DNA from: a virus
Lineage: Duplodnaviria > Caudoviricetes
Length of the DNA: 64,000 nt
Reading direction: 5' to 3' (one strand)
IMG/VR virus record: IMGVR_UViG_2747842453_000003
Location: 32,001-96,000 of that record
Positions 1 to 9,490 of this stretch are shown piece after piece. Positions within the stretch are counted from its first letter, which is position 1, and the number at the start of each line of letters is the position of its first letter. The notes under the pieces were generated by a model that saw only the letters and a program-made list of their open reading frames with translations, did no database searches and was not told the DNA's origin. The translations under genes and the position numbers were made by a program.

Positions 1-180
1 CATATCAAGCATTTCGCTCCATTGTTCAACAACTTCATCAATTTGTTCACGTTCCAATTCATCGGGCGAATCTACACCAAAGTGTTCCTGAATTAATCCA
101 AATGCCCATTCAGTAACTTCACCTTCTAACCAATCAAGCATTTTGTGTGGTCGATGAATTTCAAATTTATCTTCACTCAT
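1..180 (-). CDS. hypothetical protein, runs off the window edge (MSEDKFEIHRPHKMLDWLEG...)
   Basis: Open frame read manually from ATG at 180 to position 1; start overlaps the stop of the upstream gene. Confidence 0.6.
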   Translation of the reverse strand, partial: MSEDKFEIHRPHKMLDWLEGEVTEWAFGLIQEHFGVDSPDELEREQIDEVVEQWSEMLDM

Positions 181-535
181 GTTCGCCTCCATTTCCACGT
201 CCGGTATACTTACGACCAGACTGTAATAATTTGTTTAGTGATCCAGGATTTTTTTCTGCTTGTCGAAAAGTAACTGCAGTAATTGTAATCCCACTAATTA
301 GAAGAATATGAAACGCTGCACTAATACCAAAAGCAAACATACTACCTACCATTACTGCGAAGATGCCACTCCAAATAAAGAATAGGCATTGAAATACCAT
401 ATGTCCTACCATTGGATCTAAATTGCGTAGTGGTGATTTTTCAACTGTCATTACACTATCCCACATTTCTTTAGGTAGTGTAAAAAGAGTTGTCAGAGTG
501 TTTGCCCAGCCAATGGGCTTATTAGAGGGTTTCAT
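173..535 (-). CDS. hypothetical membrane protein
   Basis: 120 aa, two hydrophobic segments, AGGAG SD upstream. Confidence 0.75.
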   Translation of the reverse strand: MKPSNKPIGWANTLTTLFTLPKEMWDSVMTVEKSPLRNLDPMVGHMVFQCLFFIWSGIFAVMVGSMFAFGISAAFHILLISGITITAVTFRQAEKNPGSLNKLLQSGRKYTGRGNGGEHE

Positions 536-555
536 TTTCTTCTCCTTATTTAATT

Positions 556-632
556 TGGCGGTCCCTATAGGATTCGAACCTATGACCTACTGCTTAGAAG
601 GCAGTTGCTCTATCCAGCTGAGCTAAGGAACC
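556..632 (-). tRNA. tRNA-Arg(UCU)
   Basis: Minus strand GGTTCCTTAGCTCAGCTGGATAGAGCAACTGCC-TTCTAA-GCAGTAGGTCATAGGTTCGAATCCTATAGGGACCGCCA: cloverleaf, GTTCGAA T-loop, TCT anticodon, encoded CCA. Confidence 0.97.
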
Positions 633-638
633 ACACTA

Positions 639-878
639 TTAATCTTCTTGCCAATCCCAAAAGGGATCATAAATTTCCATTCCTGTAAAACCTTCTTGTG
701 TCCAACCACGTGATTCTGCATATGCATGAATAATATCTTTAAGTGTGGTTCCCTTAGGCCAGGATGTATTCGCTTTCCAAGCCAACATATCCATTTCAAC
801 CATACGTGATTGTTGGCCTTGAGCAGTTCCAGCATTAACCTTGTTTGATTCGTCCCAAACCATTTTTGCATCTGACAT
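639..878 (-). CDS. hypothetical protein
   Basis: 79 aa with AAGGA SD, downstream of the promoter at 907-935. Confidence 0.7.
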   Translation of the reverse strand: MSDAKMVWDESNKVNAGTAQGQQSRMVEMDMLAWKANTSWPKGTTLKDIIHAYAESRGWTQEGFTGMEIYDPFWDWQED

Positions 879-906
879 CGTGTGTTCCTTTTTATCTTAT
901 ATACAA

Positions 907-935
907 GTTATAGCATATTGATTCTAGATTGTCAA
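907..935 (-). promoter_or_regulatory. sigma70-type promoter with GANTC in the spacer (shifted register)
   Basis: TTGACA-17nt-TATAAC on minus strand. Confidence 0.75.
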
Positions 936-1062
936 CCTTTAATTTCCAAAATAGTTAATTAAATTCCACCATGTATATTCGGTTCCCTGACCAAAGTCCA
1001 TCCAGCCCAATGCAAATACACCGACCATAGCATAGCAAATAAATTCATCAAGTTTTTCACGC

Positions 1063-1230
1063 TTACTCATTTGGCGCATACTCTGCTTCAAAGTCAGATA
1101 CGATATCTTTCTTGGCAATCAACATTTGTTCAAGACTACACATTGCAGCAAACTTTTCGTCACTCGCACCTTCGGTAAATGCAATAATTGCATTTTCTAG
1201 AACTTGTATATCGTTTAGAACATCATTCAT
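1063..1230 (-). CDS. hypothetical protein, 55 aa (MNDVLNDIQVLENAIIAF...)
   Basis: Read manually; GAGG SD; directly after the promoter at 1259-1287. Confidence 0.7.
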   Translation of the reverse strand: MNDVLNDIQVLENAIIAFTEGASDEKFAAMCSLEQMLIAKKDIVSDFEAEYAPNE

Positions 1231-1258
1231 AATAGACCTCTTTTGTTATTACTATTAT

Positions 1259-1287
1259 GTTATACAGTGATTCGTTCTAAATGTCAA
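1259..1287 (-). promoter_or_regulatory. sigma70 promoter, CGAATCAC class (copy 1)
   Basis: TTGACA TTTAGAACGAATCACTG TATAAC. Confidence 0.85.
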
Positions 1288-1984
1288 GATATATTTCGTT
1301 TAACCAATCAAAATCATTTATTTTTTGTAAGGCTTCTGGCGAATTACGATAGAATTCACCAAAGTCTTCTCCCATCGTTGCACCAACAGAAATTAATTCC
1401 CAGTGTTCAATGGGTAATGGTGATTTCCAGCGTTCAAGTCTTGATTGTATATCATCAGATGCCACTCCACTTGCTAGTTTAACGCATTCTCTAAACGCAC
1501 CTTTCCATGCATTAAATGGAGTCGTTGCAAATCTAGTTTCATTTGAAGGTTTGTCTATACGATAATATGGATAGCCAAGTTTTGCAACACCAGTTGTTAC
1601 ATCAACTAATTTTGTGGAAGTTTTAACAAAGAATGAATTTCGATTAAATAATTTAACACCACCATATCCTGTAAGTTCACCTGTTGCTGGGTTTAATGCT
1701 CTCCAAACGTGAGTACACTGCGTCTGTGGCACAGTAGGATATACATCTATGCTATCTGATGGTATATATGAAAAATCAAAATCATCAATTATCCAAGCAT
1801 CACCATCAACTACATAAAAGTTTTCAGTAGCACTTTGTTCTGCACACGTTAGATGCGCCTCATATACTCCATCGATATCAGCAGTATTAATAACTCGCTG
1901 ATTCTTTGCAACCTTAGATAATATTCTGTTTAAATTGTTATCTGAATAATCATCATGGTAAGTAAGATAGAATACATCTATCAC
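1277..1984 (-). CDS. glycosyltransferase-like phage protein
   Basis: YVVDGDAWI DxD-type motif, GYGGVKLF, AWKGAFRECVKL. Confidence 0.55.
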   Translation of the reverse strand: MIDVFYLTYHDDYSDNNLNRILSKVAKNQRVINTADIDGVYEAHLTCAEQSATENFYVVDGDAWIIDDFDFSYIPSDSIDVYPTVPQTQCTHVWRALNPATGELTGYGGVKLFNRNSFFVKTSTKLVDVTTGVAKLGYPYYRIDKPSNETRFATTPFNAWKGAFRECVKLASGVASDDIQSRLERWKSPLPIEHWELISVGATMGEDFGEFYRNSPEALQKINDFDWLNEIYLDI

Positions 1985-2316
1985 GCCACTTGTATCTCTG
2001 GTGGTTTGCCATTATCGCTGACGCCTAAAATGCCTTCTGGATCGCCTAGCCAAAAACGAATTGATTCTGTTTCTGATAATCGGAGGTCTTGCCCTTGTGA
2101 CCATCTACCGTGTTGCATAAGAACCCAATCGCCAACTGCAACATCAGTTTGCTCTGGTCCTACTGCATATACTTCTGCCCAGCGTGGTCTAATGCCTCTG
2201 TCACCTGCTTCTGCTGTACTATCATCCAAATGAATAATTCCATTTAGTTTTTTAAATCCTGTATCCATATTAGTAAGAATAATTTTATTTCCAACTGGAG
2301 ATAACGTTTTCATCAT
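1981..2316 (-). CDS. GroES/Cpn10-like co-chaperonin
   Basis: LSPVGNKII...GII...AEVYAVGP...VAVGDWVL...ILGV pattern. Confidence 0.7.
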   Translation of the reverse strand: MMKTLSPVGNKIILTNMDTGFKKLNGIIHLDDSTAEAGDRGIRPRWAEVYAVGPEQTDVAVGDWVLMQHGRWSQGQDLRLSETESIRFWLGDPEGILGVSDNGKPPEIQVA

Positions 2317-2323
2317 TGTTTCC

Positions 2324-2803
2324 TTATTTTGATTTTTTAGATTTATTTTTCTTTAGTTCTTCTGCTTTTACAAAATTGCCATCTGCATCTTCTACCCATT
2401 CATCATCATTATTATATTCTTCGGGTATTGGACCAGGGCTAACATTTTCAAATACTGGTTCTACTTTTGTTTCTTTTTGAGCAGGTGGTGCTGGCTCAGG
2501 TGCTGGCTCAGGTGCTGGCTCAGGTGCTGGCTCTTGCCAATCATCTTCCATTGGAACTTCTTGGTTCTTTGGTTTAGGAGTATCATCTAATTTAATAGAT
2601 GCCTGTTTAACTGCATTTGGATTATTTTGATTATAATGTTCTCTTGCAATTTCATCTGCGGCTTTCATAACCCTACCACCACGGCCTAGTTTGTCACCTC
2701 TTGCATTCGATGATGTATTGCCAACGGTAATATTTTTTTCTTGTTTTGATAGTAATTTTCCAAGGTCTAGTTCCACCCCTCGCATACTTCTATATTTTTT
2801 CAT
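2324..2803 (-). CDS. hypothetical protein with (PEPA)n linker
   Basis: 159 aa; 12-bp tandem repeat encodes EPAP. Confidence 0.8.
   Translation of the reverse strand: MKKYRSMRGVELDLGKLLSKQEKNITVGNTSSNARGDKLGRGGRVMKAADEIAREHYNQNNPNAVKQASIKLDDTPKPKNQEVPMEDDWQEPAPEPAPEPAPEPAPPAQKETKVEPVFENVSPGPIPEEYNNDDEWVEDADGNFVKAEELKKNKSKKSK
2487..2533. repeat. 12-bp tandem repeat GGTGCTGGCTCA, about 4 copies
   Basis: Directly visible; coding (PEPA linker). Confidence 0.9.
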
Positions 2804-2815
2804 TTCTTTGCCTTT

Positions 2816-3382
2816 CTATCTAAGGAATTCTTGCCAATCTAACTCATAGTAAACACTATTTATTCGATGTATACCGATTATGTATAACACATAACTTGCG
2901 ACACTACTGCCACGCCCTACACCCCATACAATGTTATTTTCACGCATAAAATCTACCAGATAAACCATATATTGTAGTAATGGTAGCATATCACGTTTAT
3001 TAAATTCATCAAGTTCTTCTATACATCTATTCTGATTTTCTGTAGGAGTTAATTCTAGTACATAATCAATTATATTTAAGTTCTTATATTTTTCTGGAAT
3101 AAACCAATCTGTTTGAAGTCTACGATCAAAATCTTCAATATCTCCTGTTAATTCTTCTATGGCTGTTATTTCTGGTATGTTAATATAATTACTTGTATTT
3201 GCCTTATTATATTTTTCGAAATCTTCATGCCAGTCAACATATTTTATCTGACTAATATCTTCGCCATTGTATAACATCTCATATAGGTCATGTCTATTAT
3301 ATATAACACGTCCGTATTGATCTTTTAATGAATCAATCTTCAACGATTTTTGGCTGCCAATCATGTATCTTAATAACCTCAC
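2816..3382 (-). CDS. stand-alone DNA polymerase III alpha (DnaE) fragment; true start possibly TTG at 3343
   Basis: EEL...YLVDFMRENNIVWGVGRGSSVASYVLYIIGIHRIN matches the DnaE GxGRGS region; stops before the catalytic PDxDxD. Confidence 0.75.
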   Translation of the reverse strand: MRLLRYMIGSQKSLKIDSLKDQYGRVIYNRHDLYEMLYNGEDISQIKYVDWHEDFEKYNKANTSNYINIPEITAIEELTGDIEDFDRRLQTDWFIPEKYKNLNIIDYVLELTPTENQNRCIEELDEFNKRDMLPLLQYMVYLVDFMRENNIVWGVGRGSSVASYVLYIIGIHRINSVYYELDWQEFLR

Positions 3383-3998
3383 CTGGGTGATCTACCAATT
3401 CTAACTCACCCAGTATTACTTGTTGTATTTCATCTAATACATTATCATATTCCGGCGGCGTTGTCAAGTCTGTTTCTTCATCAACATCATAATCATGTGT
3501 TTCTGGTGTATTACGGAACCACCACGGTGTTTTATAATAATATTCTTTTTGTCCTACCCAAGTTTCAAGACTCGGCATAGCAGGATAATCTTCATCTGCA
3601 TATGTATAACTCATTACCGGATTTTCAAATTTACTTGTTATCTTTACACTTACAATATCAATGTTACCTTCCGCAATTGCATTTAATTTAGCACTTATTG
3701 TCATCGCAATAATATCACTTGTTGGTAAATATGGAAACATTACGATGTTATTAGATAAATTATCCATATTAATAAGTGCTGATTTATGTGTAAAAACACT
3801 TTGATGTAATATCTCTTCTAAAAAGAATTTTATTTTTAAAAATGCAGCATTGCCCATAGCGAGATCAGATGTGCACCATACAAAATCTATTTCAGCATCA
3901 AAAATTTCTGAATATAGTGATGCTTCTGCTCCTATAAGTGTTGCACTAAATGTTGCTTTAAATGTGGTATAACTATTTACAGTAAAATTATCTGTCAT
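3333..3998 (-). CDS. hypothetical protein
   Basis: 221 aa in an operon-like run. Confidence 0.75.
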   Translation of the reverse strand: MTDNFTVNSYTTFKATFSATLIGAEASLYSEIFDAEIDFVWCTSDLAMGNAAFLKIKFFLEEILHQSVFTHKSALINMDNLSNNIVMFPYLPTSDIIAMTISAKLNAIAEGNIDIVSVKITSKFENPVMSYTYADEDYPAMPSLETWVGQKEYYYKTPWWFRNTPETHDYDVDEETDLTTPPEYDNVLDEIQQVILGELELVDHPGEVIKIHDWQPKIVED

Positions 3999-4380
3999 TT
4001 TTATAATCTCTATTTAAATTATCTTTTTTCATATTAATGTTGCCATCATACATCCAATATATATTATCCTCATTATTTTTAGATTTATTATCTAATGCAT
4101 GTTCATATGTAAAAAACGACTCAGGTAACATTATAGTTATTTCTTTTAATTTTTCAACTAAATTTATATGACTACTAAAAGTTTCAAAACTTAAAACATT
4201 ATTTCCATTGTCCCACCGAATGTTTTTAAAATTTAATAATGATTCATTATTATTAATCCATTTGTTTTTCATAAATTCGTAAAATCTGGTGACTTCAACA
4301 TCTGACCCATCAATAATAATAGTATGAAATACTTTGATTGGAATATTAGTCGGTGTCGGAATCGTCTGCGTGTTCATCAT
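3988..4380 (-). CDS. hypothetical protein
   Basis: 130 aa, GGAG SD. Confidence 0.65.
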   Translation of the reverse strand: MMNTQTIPTPTNIPIKVFHTIIIDGSDVEVTRFYEFMKNKWINNNESLLNFKNIRWDNGNNVLSFETFSSHINLVEKLKEITIMLPESFFTYEHALDNKSKNNEDNIYWMYDGNINMKKDNLNRDYKNDR

Positions 4381-4603
4381 CTTCTCCTACAATTAAAGAT
4401 TCTGGTGTGCGGTCATTAATAATATCAAATCGTTGTCGATCTAATCTGGCAGTTAATTCCATATGCAAATTTTCTAATATACTTTGCAGTTGTTCAACTA
4501 CTCCGTCTAACCCCATTGAGTTTGCCATATTAATCTTTTTGCTGACATCACCCATCTTAGTGTCCAGTTCCTCTTCGGAGAGATTCTTATACTCTTGAAA
4601 CAT
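4346..4603 (-). CDS. hypothetical protein
   Basis: 85 aa, AAGGA SD. Confidence 0.7.
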   Translation of the reverse strand: MFQEYKNLSEEELDTKMGDVSKKINMANSMGLDGVVEQLQSILENLHMELTARLDRQRFDIINDRTPESLIVGEDDEHADDSDTD

Positions 4604-4652
4604 TATATTATATTCCTTATGTCTCTTTCTTATAGTTATTTAGTATAAGAAT

Positions 4653-5009
4653 TTATTTAATGAATTGTTTTAATTCTGGTGCTTTCCATCCTTCTGGCTT
4701 TAATACCTTACCATCTTCTCTTTTAATAACTTTGCCAGTTGTAGGATTAATTTTGGCAAAGTTAGTATTCATTACTTCATTCCATGCTGCTTCTGCATCC
4801 CAGCCAGCAGCACGAATAGCACCGATAGTAACAACCAGAATATCAACTAATGCATCAAGTTGTTCAACATGATCATTCGCTACCACTGCATCTATTAATT
4901 CACCATACTCTTCATCAATTAACCCCAGGTACATTTTGTAATTTTCTGGTGATGATGGTTGGTCACATGCTTCCGCAAATTTATTAATGTCTTCAAATAC
5001 GTTTGTCAT
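4653..5009 (-). CDS. MazG/PRA-PH-like nucleotide pyrophosphohydrolase
   Basis: LIDEEYGEL...LDALVDIL...WNEVMNTNFAK...REDGKVLKPEGW. Confidence 0.85.
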   Translation of the reverse strand: MTNVFEDINKFAEACDQPSSPENYKMYLGLIDEEYGELIDAVVANDHVEQLDALVDILVVTIGAIRAAGWDAEAAWNEVMNTNFAKINPTTGKVIKREDGKVLKPEGWKAPELKQFIK

Positions 5010-5235
5010 ATTCTGCTACTTTCTTTTCTAATTCAATTATGTATTCAGCAGCCTTCCAAGCATAATGCTCAGTGCATCTTGTTTTCCACTCGTTACCTGC
5101 TTGATTTTTTAATGCTACTACCCATTTACTTTGTTTAATTCGTGGCTTGATATTAGGGTAATCTTTATCAATTACATCGTGTTCGTTTTCTTCTAATTCA
5201 AAACTCTGAGTATTCTGTTCTGATGAATCTACCAT
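4993..5235 (-). CDS. hypothetical protein
   Basis: 80 aa, GAGG SD. Confidence 0.65.
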   Translation of the reverse strand: MVDSSEQNTQSFELEENEHDVIDKDYPNIKPRIKQSKWVVALKNQAGNEWKTRCTEHYAWKAAEYIIELEKKVAEYDKRI

Positions 5236-5454
5236 TTGTCCTCATATATTTCTAAATTTAATATAATCATTATACAGTATTTCAAATGATTATGCAACAC
5301 CTATTTTTGTTTTTTTAAAAAGGCTCTTGCTATTATTCCACTTTTTGTTATTATAATTATACGATCATTTTCATCAAGTACTACATAATATAATACTCTA
5401 TGTCCTGTCTTATTTCTATGTTCTTCTATTCTTGTAGTCATATTATCTTCACTC

Positions 5455-8298
5455 TCATTTTGATAATAATACAGTATTGCCTCCAATTGCAGTAGTATTA
5501 ATACTCACATGCTTCTCCCAAACATATGATTTTAAATAATCTGGTCCACCTGCTTTGGGCCCAGTACCTGACAATCCAATACCACCAAATGGCTGTGTTT
5601 CTACTATTGCTCCAATTTGATCACGATTGATGTAAATATTACCAACATTAACATTATTAGTAATTTCATCATAAAAAGATGCTATTCTGGAATGAATACT
5701 CATGGTTAAACCAAATTTGGTTTCATTAATATCTGATATAATGCCATCTAGTTCATCAACATCATATTCATATACATGTAACAGAGGTCCGAATATTTCC
5801 TTATCAAAATATTTTTTATAATCTGATACTAGATAAGCACTTGGTGGAATTGTTAAAGCAGGTAATTCAACACCATTTCTTGATCTTGTCGCTATCAGTA
5901 TTTCATTTTCTTCAAGTACTGCAATACGTTTTTGTATACTTGCAAAAGCGGCACCATCAATGACACGTGTAACATCAGTATTCAAATCATCACTGAACCC
6001 CATCTGTACAACTTTAATAGCATTTCCCAACATCTTTAAAATAGTATTAGCATTATCTTTTTGTACAAATAAAAATCTTGTTGCACTACAACGCTGTCCT
6101 GCACTATCAAATGCACCGTGTATTACATCTTTAACTAATTGTTCTGGTAAACACGTACTATCAGCAATCATACAATTAATGCCTCCAGTCTCTGCAATAA
6201 ACGGTATAATAGGTCCGTCACGGTCTGCTAACACACGTTGAATACGCTTTGCAGTTTTATGTGAACCAGTAAATGTTATACCGTTAATTCTTTCATCTGA
6301 TACTGCAAGTTCTGCATCCTTAGGATCAGTGGGACATAATCTAATAGCATAATCTGGTATACCGCATTCAAGCATACAACTAACTGCAGTCTCAGCAACC
6401 TTAATTGTTTGTGGCGCAGATTTTGCTAATACAGTATTACCTGTTAGCAATGCTGCTATAATTGGTCCTACAAAAATAGCAAGTGGAAAATTCCATGGTG
6501 CTATAACCATCCACACACCGTGTGCCTGATATGTAGTTGTATTAATTTCGCCTGTATAACTTAACGTATCGCCTTGATTATATAATTTTTCTGCTTGTTC
6601 AGCATAGTATCTAATAAAATCTATGGCTTCCCGAACTTCGCCAATAGCGTTAGGATATGTTTTATTTGCATGTGTAACTAAATTACTTGCTGCTTGTTCC
6701 ATATGTGTTTCCAAATGATCAGCATATTCAAGAACTACTTTCTTTCGTTCATTAAATGTAGTTTTACTCCATTCTTTGCGACCTTTCTCTAGCACTACAA
6801 TACTATCGGTTACTGATAATTGTTCAGGTACAATAAATTCATAACTTGGTCTTCCCACTAGATTTACAATAGATGCAGGATCAGTTAAATCATATCCACG
6901 ACTATTCTTTCGGTTGGGATATAAATCTTTGTATGTTGGTAATTTTTCTTTGTCTTTTTTTGCTTCTATAAATGGATCCACCAGTTGTTGATTAAAAACA
7001 AAACTAGTGTTTGCTCCATTTTCTAATAATCTACGGACAAGATATGCAAGTAAATCTTTGTATTCACCTACAGGCGCATATACTCTAATACTTGTGTTGT
7101 ATGTATTCTGTAGATGGTCAAATAATCCATCACCCATACCATATAACTTTTGAAACTCAAATTCACCTCCTAGGGTTTCGTGGTAAAAGTATATGGCTGC
7201 CACAGTGAATGGATTGTGCGTGGCATAGGCAGGCTTGATATACTCTGATAACATAATCTTTCTTGCACATGCTAGATAACTTATGTCGGTATATTCCTTT
7301 CGTGAGAATACAGGATAGTGTAAGCCTTCTTGTTGTGCTATCTTTATTTCTGTATCCCAATATGCCCCTTTAACTAAACGGACACATATTGATGTATTGG
7401 ATTCTTCTGCAATATGTTCTAATGTTTCTATTGCCCAGAACGCACGTTTTTGATATGCTTGAACTGCGAACCCAATCGTATTTTTTTTAAATTTATGTGT
7501 TAATAATAATTCTTCCAATACCATTATACTTAGATCTAAACGTGATGCTTCCTCAGCATCAATAAACATTGTGGTATTTTTCTCTTCGCATAGCCTGGCA
7601 ATTGCTGCCAATTTTGGTACTAAATGAAGTAATACATCAGCATGATTTTTCAACTCATATCTTGGGTGAATGGCACTTAGTTTAATACTAATGCTATCTT
7701 CAAACCACGCAGCCGCTTGTATATACTTTTCATAATAATCATTTGCATCTGGCCAATTTGTTGCTGCTTCGCCCAACATATCAACTGAATATGTGTATGA
7801 CTCATTTATTGCTTTTTTTGCCTCTTCAATAGTCTCGCCCATTACAAATATGTTGCCCATCCGTTTAACAGATTCTTTAACAATCTTACGAACAGTGGGC
7901 CATCCCAATCTACTAATTAAATTATTATATGCTGCAAAACTCTGGGCTTGAGTTAATACTTTACCACTTAAAGTTGCATAGAAACTATTTTGTGATAGAA
8001 GGTTCCAATCAGCATTTGTTAGTTTTTCTTTAATTAATTTATCTTGTGTTTTTTTATCCGGTGTTCTTAGTAAACATTCGCATAGTGTCATTAACGCAAT
8101 TCCTTCATTGCCTGATAATTCATATGCAGTCATAAGTTGATGTATCATACTAGATTCATTAAATGCAGAATTAATTACATTCGATGTTTCTAATATTTCG
8201 GTTCGGTCATCTTTATTTAATCTGGCTGCCAATATTAACTTAGGCATGATTTCGTTTTCATCAATGCGATAATACATATTATGTTGATATACTTTCAT
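5455..8298 (-). CDS. putA: bifunctional proline dehydrogenase / P5C dehydrogenase
   Basis: PRODH motifs DAEE, VRLVKGAYWDTEIK, ATHN, FQKLYGMG, LAYLVRRLLENGANTSF; ALDH motifs PWNFPLAIF, FTGS, AETGG, SAGQRCSA, EIFGP, QPFGG-GLSGTGPKAGG. Confidence 0.95.
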   Translation of the reverse strand: MKVYQHNMYYRIDENEIMPKLILAARLNKDDRTEILETSNVINSAFNESSMIHQLMTAYELSGNEGIALMTLCECLLRTPDKKTQDKLIKEKLTNADWNLLSQNSFYATLSGKVLTQAQSFAAYNNLISRLGWPTVRKIVKESVKRMGNIFVMGETIEEAKKAINESYTYSVDMLGEAATNWPDANDYYEKYIQAAAWFEDSISIKLSAIHPRYELKNHADVLLHLVPKLAAIARLCEEKNTTMFIDAEEASRLDLSIMVLEELLLTHKFKKNTIGFAVQAYQKRAFWAIETLEHIAEESNTSICVRLVKGAYWDTEIKIAQQEGLHYPVFSRKEYTDISYLACARKIMLSEYIKPAYATHNPFTVAAIYFYHETLGGEFEFQKLYGMGDGLFDHLQNTYNTSIRVYAPVGEYKDLLAYLVRRLLENGANTSFVFNQQLVDPFIEAKKDKEKLPTYKDLYPNRKNSRGYDLTDPASIVNLVGRPSYEFIVPEQLSVTDSIVVLEKGRKEWSKTTFNERKKVVLEYADHLETHMEQAASNLVTHANKTYPNAIGEVREAIDFIRYYAEQAEKLYNQGDTLSYTGEINTTTYQAHGVWMVIAPWNFPLAIFVGPIIAALLTGNTVLAKSAPQTIKVAETAVSCMLECGIPDYAIRLCPTDPKDAELAVSDERINGITFTGSHKTAKRIQRVLADRDGPIIPFIAETGGINCMIADSTCLPEQLVKDVIHGAFDSAGQRCSATRFLFVQKDNANTILKMLGNAIKVVQMGFSDDLNTDVTRVIDGAAFASIQKRIAVLEENEILIATRSRNGVELPALTIPPSAYLVSDYKKYFDKEIFGPLLHVYEYDVDELDGIISDINETKFGLTMSIHSRIASFYDEITNNVNVGNIYINRDQIGAIVETQPFGGIGLSGTGPKAGGPDYLKSYVWEKHVSINTTAIGGNTVLLSK

Positions 8299-8834
8299 AG
8301 CCTTTTACTCGCCTTGCTTTTAAAAATATTTCTTTCAATATATCTGATATGGCGAAGTATATCTAAGTTTATATCAAATTTGGCCCTAATCTCTCCCAGT
8401 GTTTGGTTCTTATATGAGTCAAAGTTAATTTTATGTATATTTTTAGTACGACGAGTCTTGCCGTAAACAATCCCCATATCAAATGCTATTAATTCTCTTT
8501 CGCCAAAACGATATATCTTTGGAAATATATGTGATGCATAGTATTTATACATTGATATTTGCCAATTCTTTAGTGTGATTGCATTTCCCATAGTATAGCC
8601 TATTACAAATGCTTCGTCTTGATTTAGTAGTCCTCTTCCTAATAATACATGTATACAATCGTGGGACTCTAAACATATAGAACCAGGAAGACTCAATGGT
8701 GACCGAGGATTTTCTATTATCTTTACTTTCCAACTAATATTTACACTATCACTACCCGGCAATGTGTCTAACACAGAATTAAGTGTGTCATTGCCATTGT
8801 CAATGCCTGGATTCCAATCACCATAGTTTATCAT
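8295..8834 (-). CDS. Coq4-like HDxxH metal-binding protein
   Basis: HDCIHVLLG...DEAFVIG motif; stop overlaps the putA start. Confidence 0.55.
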   Translation of the reverse strand: MINYGDWNPGIDNGNDTLNSVLDTLPGSDSVNISWKVKIIENPRSPLSLPGSICLESHDCIHVLLGRGLLNQDEAFVIGYTMGNAITLKNWQISMYKYYASHIFPKIYRFGERELIAFDMGIVYGKTRRTKNIHKINFDSYKNQTLGEIRAKFDINLDILRHIRYIERNIFKSKASKRL

Positions 8835-8855
8835 AATTATATTTATTCATTAAAC

Positions 8856-8886
8856 AAAAGAACCCGACTACCTAAGTAGCCGGGCC
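8856..8886 (-). terminator. intrinsic terminator
   Basis: GGCCCGGCTAC-TTAG-GTAGTCGGGTT followed by CTTTTGTTT. Confidence 0.8.
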
Positions 8887-8888
8887 AA

Positions 8889-8969
8889 GTTTGCGAAGAG
8901 GACTATAGGGCGAATTATTCACCCTAAAGTACAGAGAAATGAATCTCTGCACCAGTATTTAAAGCAAAC
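8889..8969 (-). ncRNA. candidate structured RNA (multibranch) preceding a terminator
   Basis: GTTTGC/GCAAAC closes two hairpins, GTGCAGAGA/TCTCTGTAC and TAGGGTGAA/TTCGCCCTA. Confidence 0.5.
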
Positions 8970-8987
8970 CGATAAAAAGATAACTAT

Positions 8988-9320
8988 CTATAAAACTTTT
9001 TCTTGTAATAATGAATATACACACTCAATTACTTGTGTTGAGAACCCACCAATGTGCCAGTCATATTCGTCCATTGGGGTTGAAGGCCGTTTCCAATCAT
9101 AAATTGTCGCAACAACAACTTCTTCTATAAAACTGCCAGGCGCATCTTGTAATTGAATTACAAATTCCAAGTTCCACTCAACATTGGTCTTGTCACCATG
9201 AGTATAAGTAGGCTCACCAAAAGCAGCAACAATGTCAGCATATGTGGTATTAACATATCCTTGCAGCCCAGTACCATTGACGTTAACACTTTCATCATTT
9301 GTAATATTAATAATTTTCAT
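8988..9320 (-). CDS. phage hypothetical protein
   Basis: 110 aa, ATIYDWK...WHIGG, AGGAG SD. Confidence 0.75.
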   Translation of the reverse strand: MKIINITNDESVNVNGTGLQGYVNTTYADIVAAFGEPTYTHGDKTNVEWNLEFVIQLQDAPGSFIEEVVVATIYDWKRPSTPMDEYDWHIGGFSTQVIECVYSLLQEKVL

Positions 9321-9463
9321 TACACATCTCCTACTGTGAGATTTACTCGTTTTACACCATTACGCTTTCCAATATAAAAGAAGAACTTCTTTGCGCTTTC
9401 ATATGTTTTGAATTCTTTTGTCTTTTTAGGATAGTTGTAGTAGCCATATTCAACAGTAAACAT
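9320..9463 (-). CDS. hypothetical protein, 47 aa
   Basis: Read manually (MFTVEYGYYNYPKK...); GAGGG SD after the promoter at 9491-9519. Confidence 0.65.
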   Translation of the reverse strand: MFTVEYGYYNYPKKTKEFKTYESAKKFFFYIGKRNGVKRVNLTVGDV

Positions 9464-9490
9464 AATTATTCCCTCTCAACTTATACACTC

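Noticed and set aside
423-626. Plus-strand 67-aa ORF
   Set aside because: Antisense shadow of tRNA-Arg and the adjacent gene.
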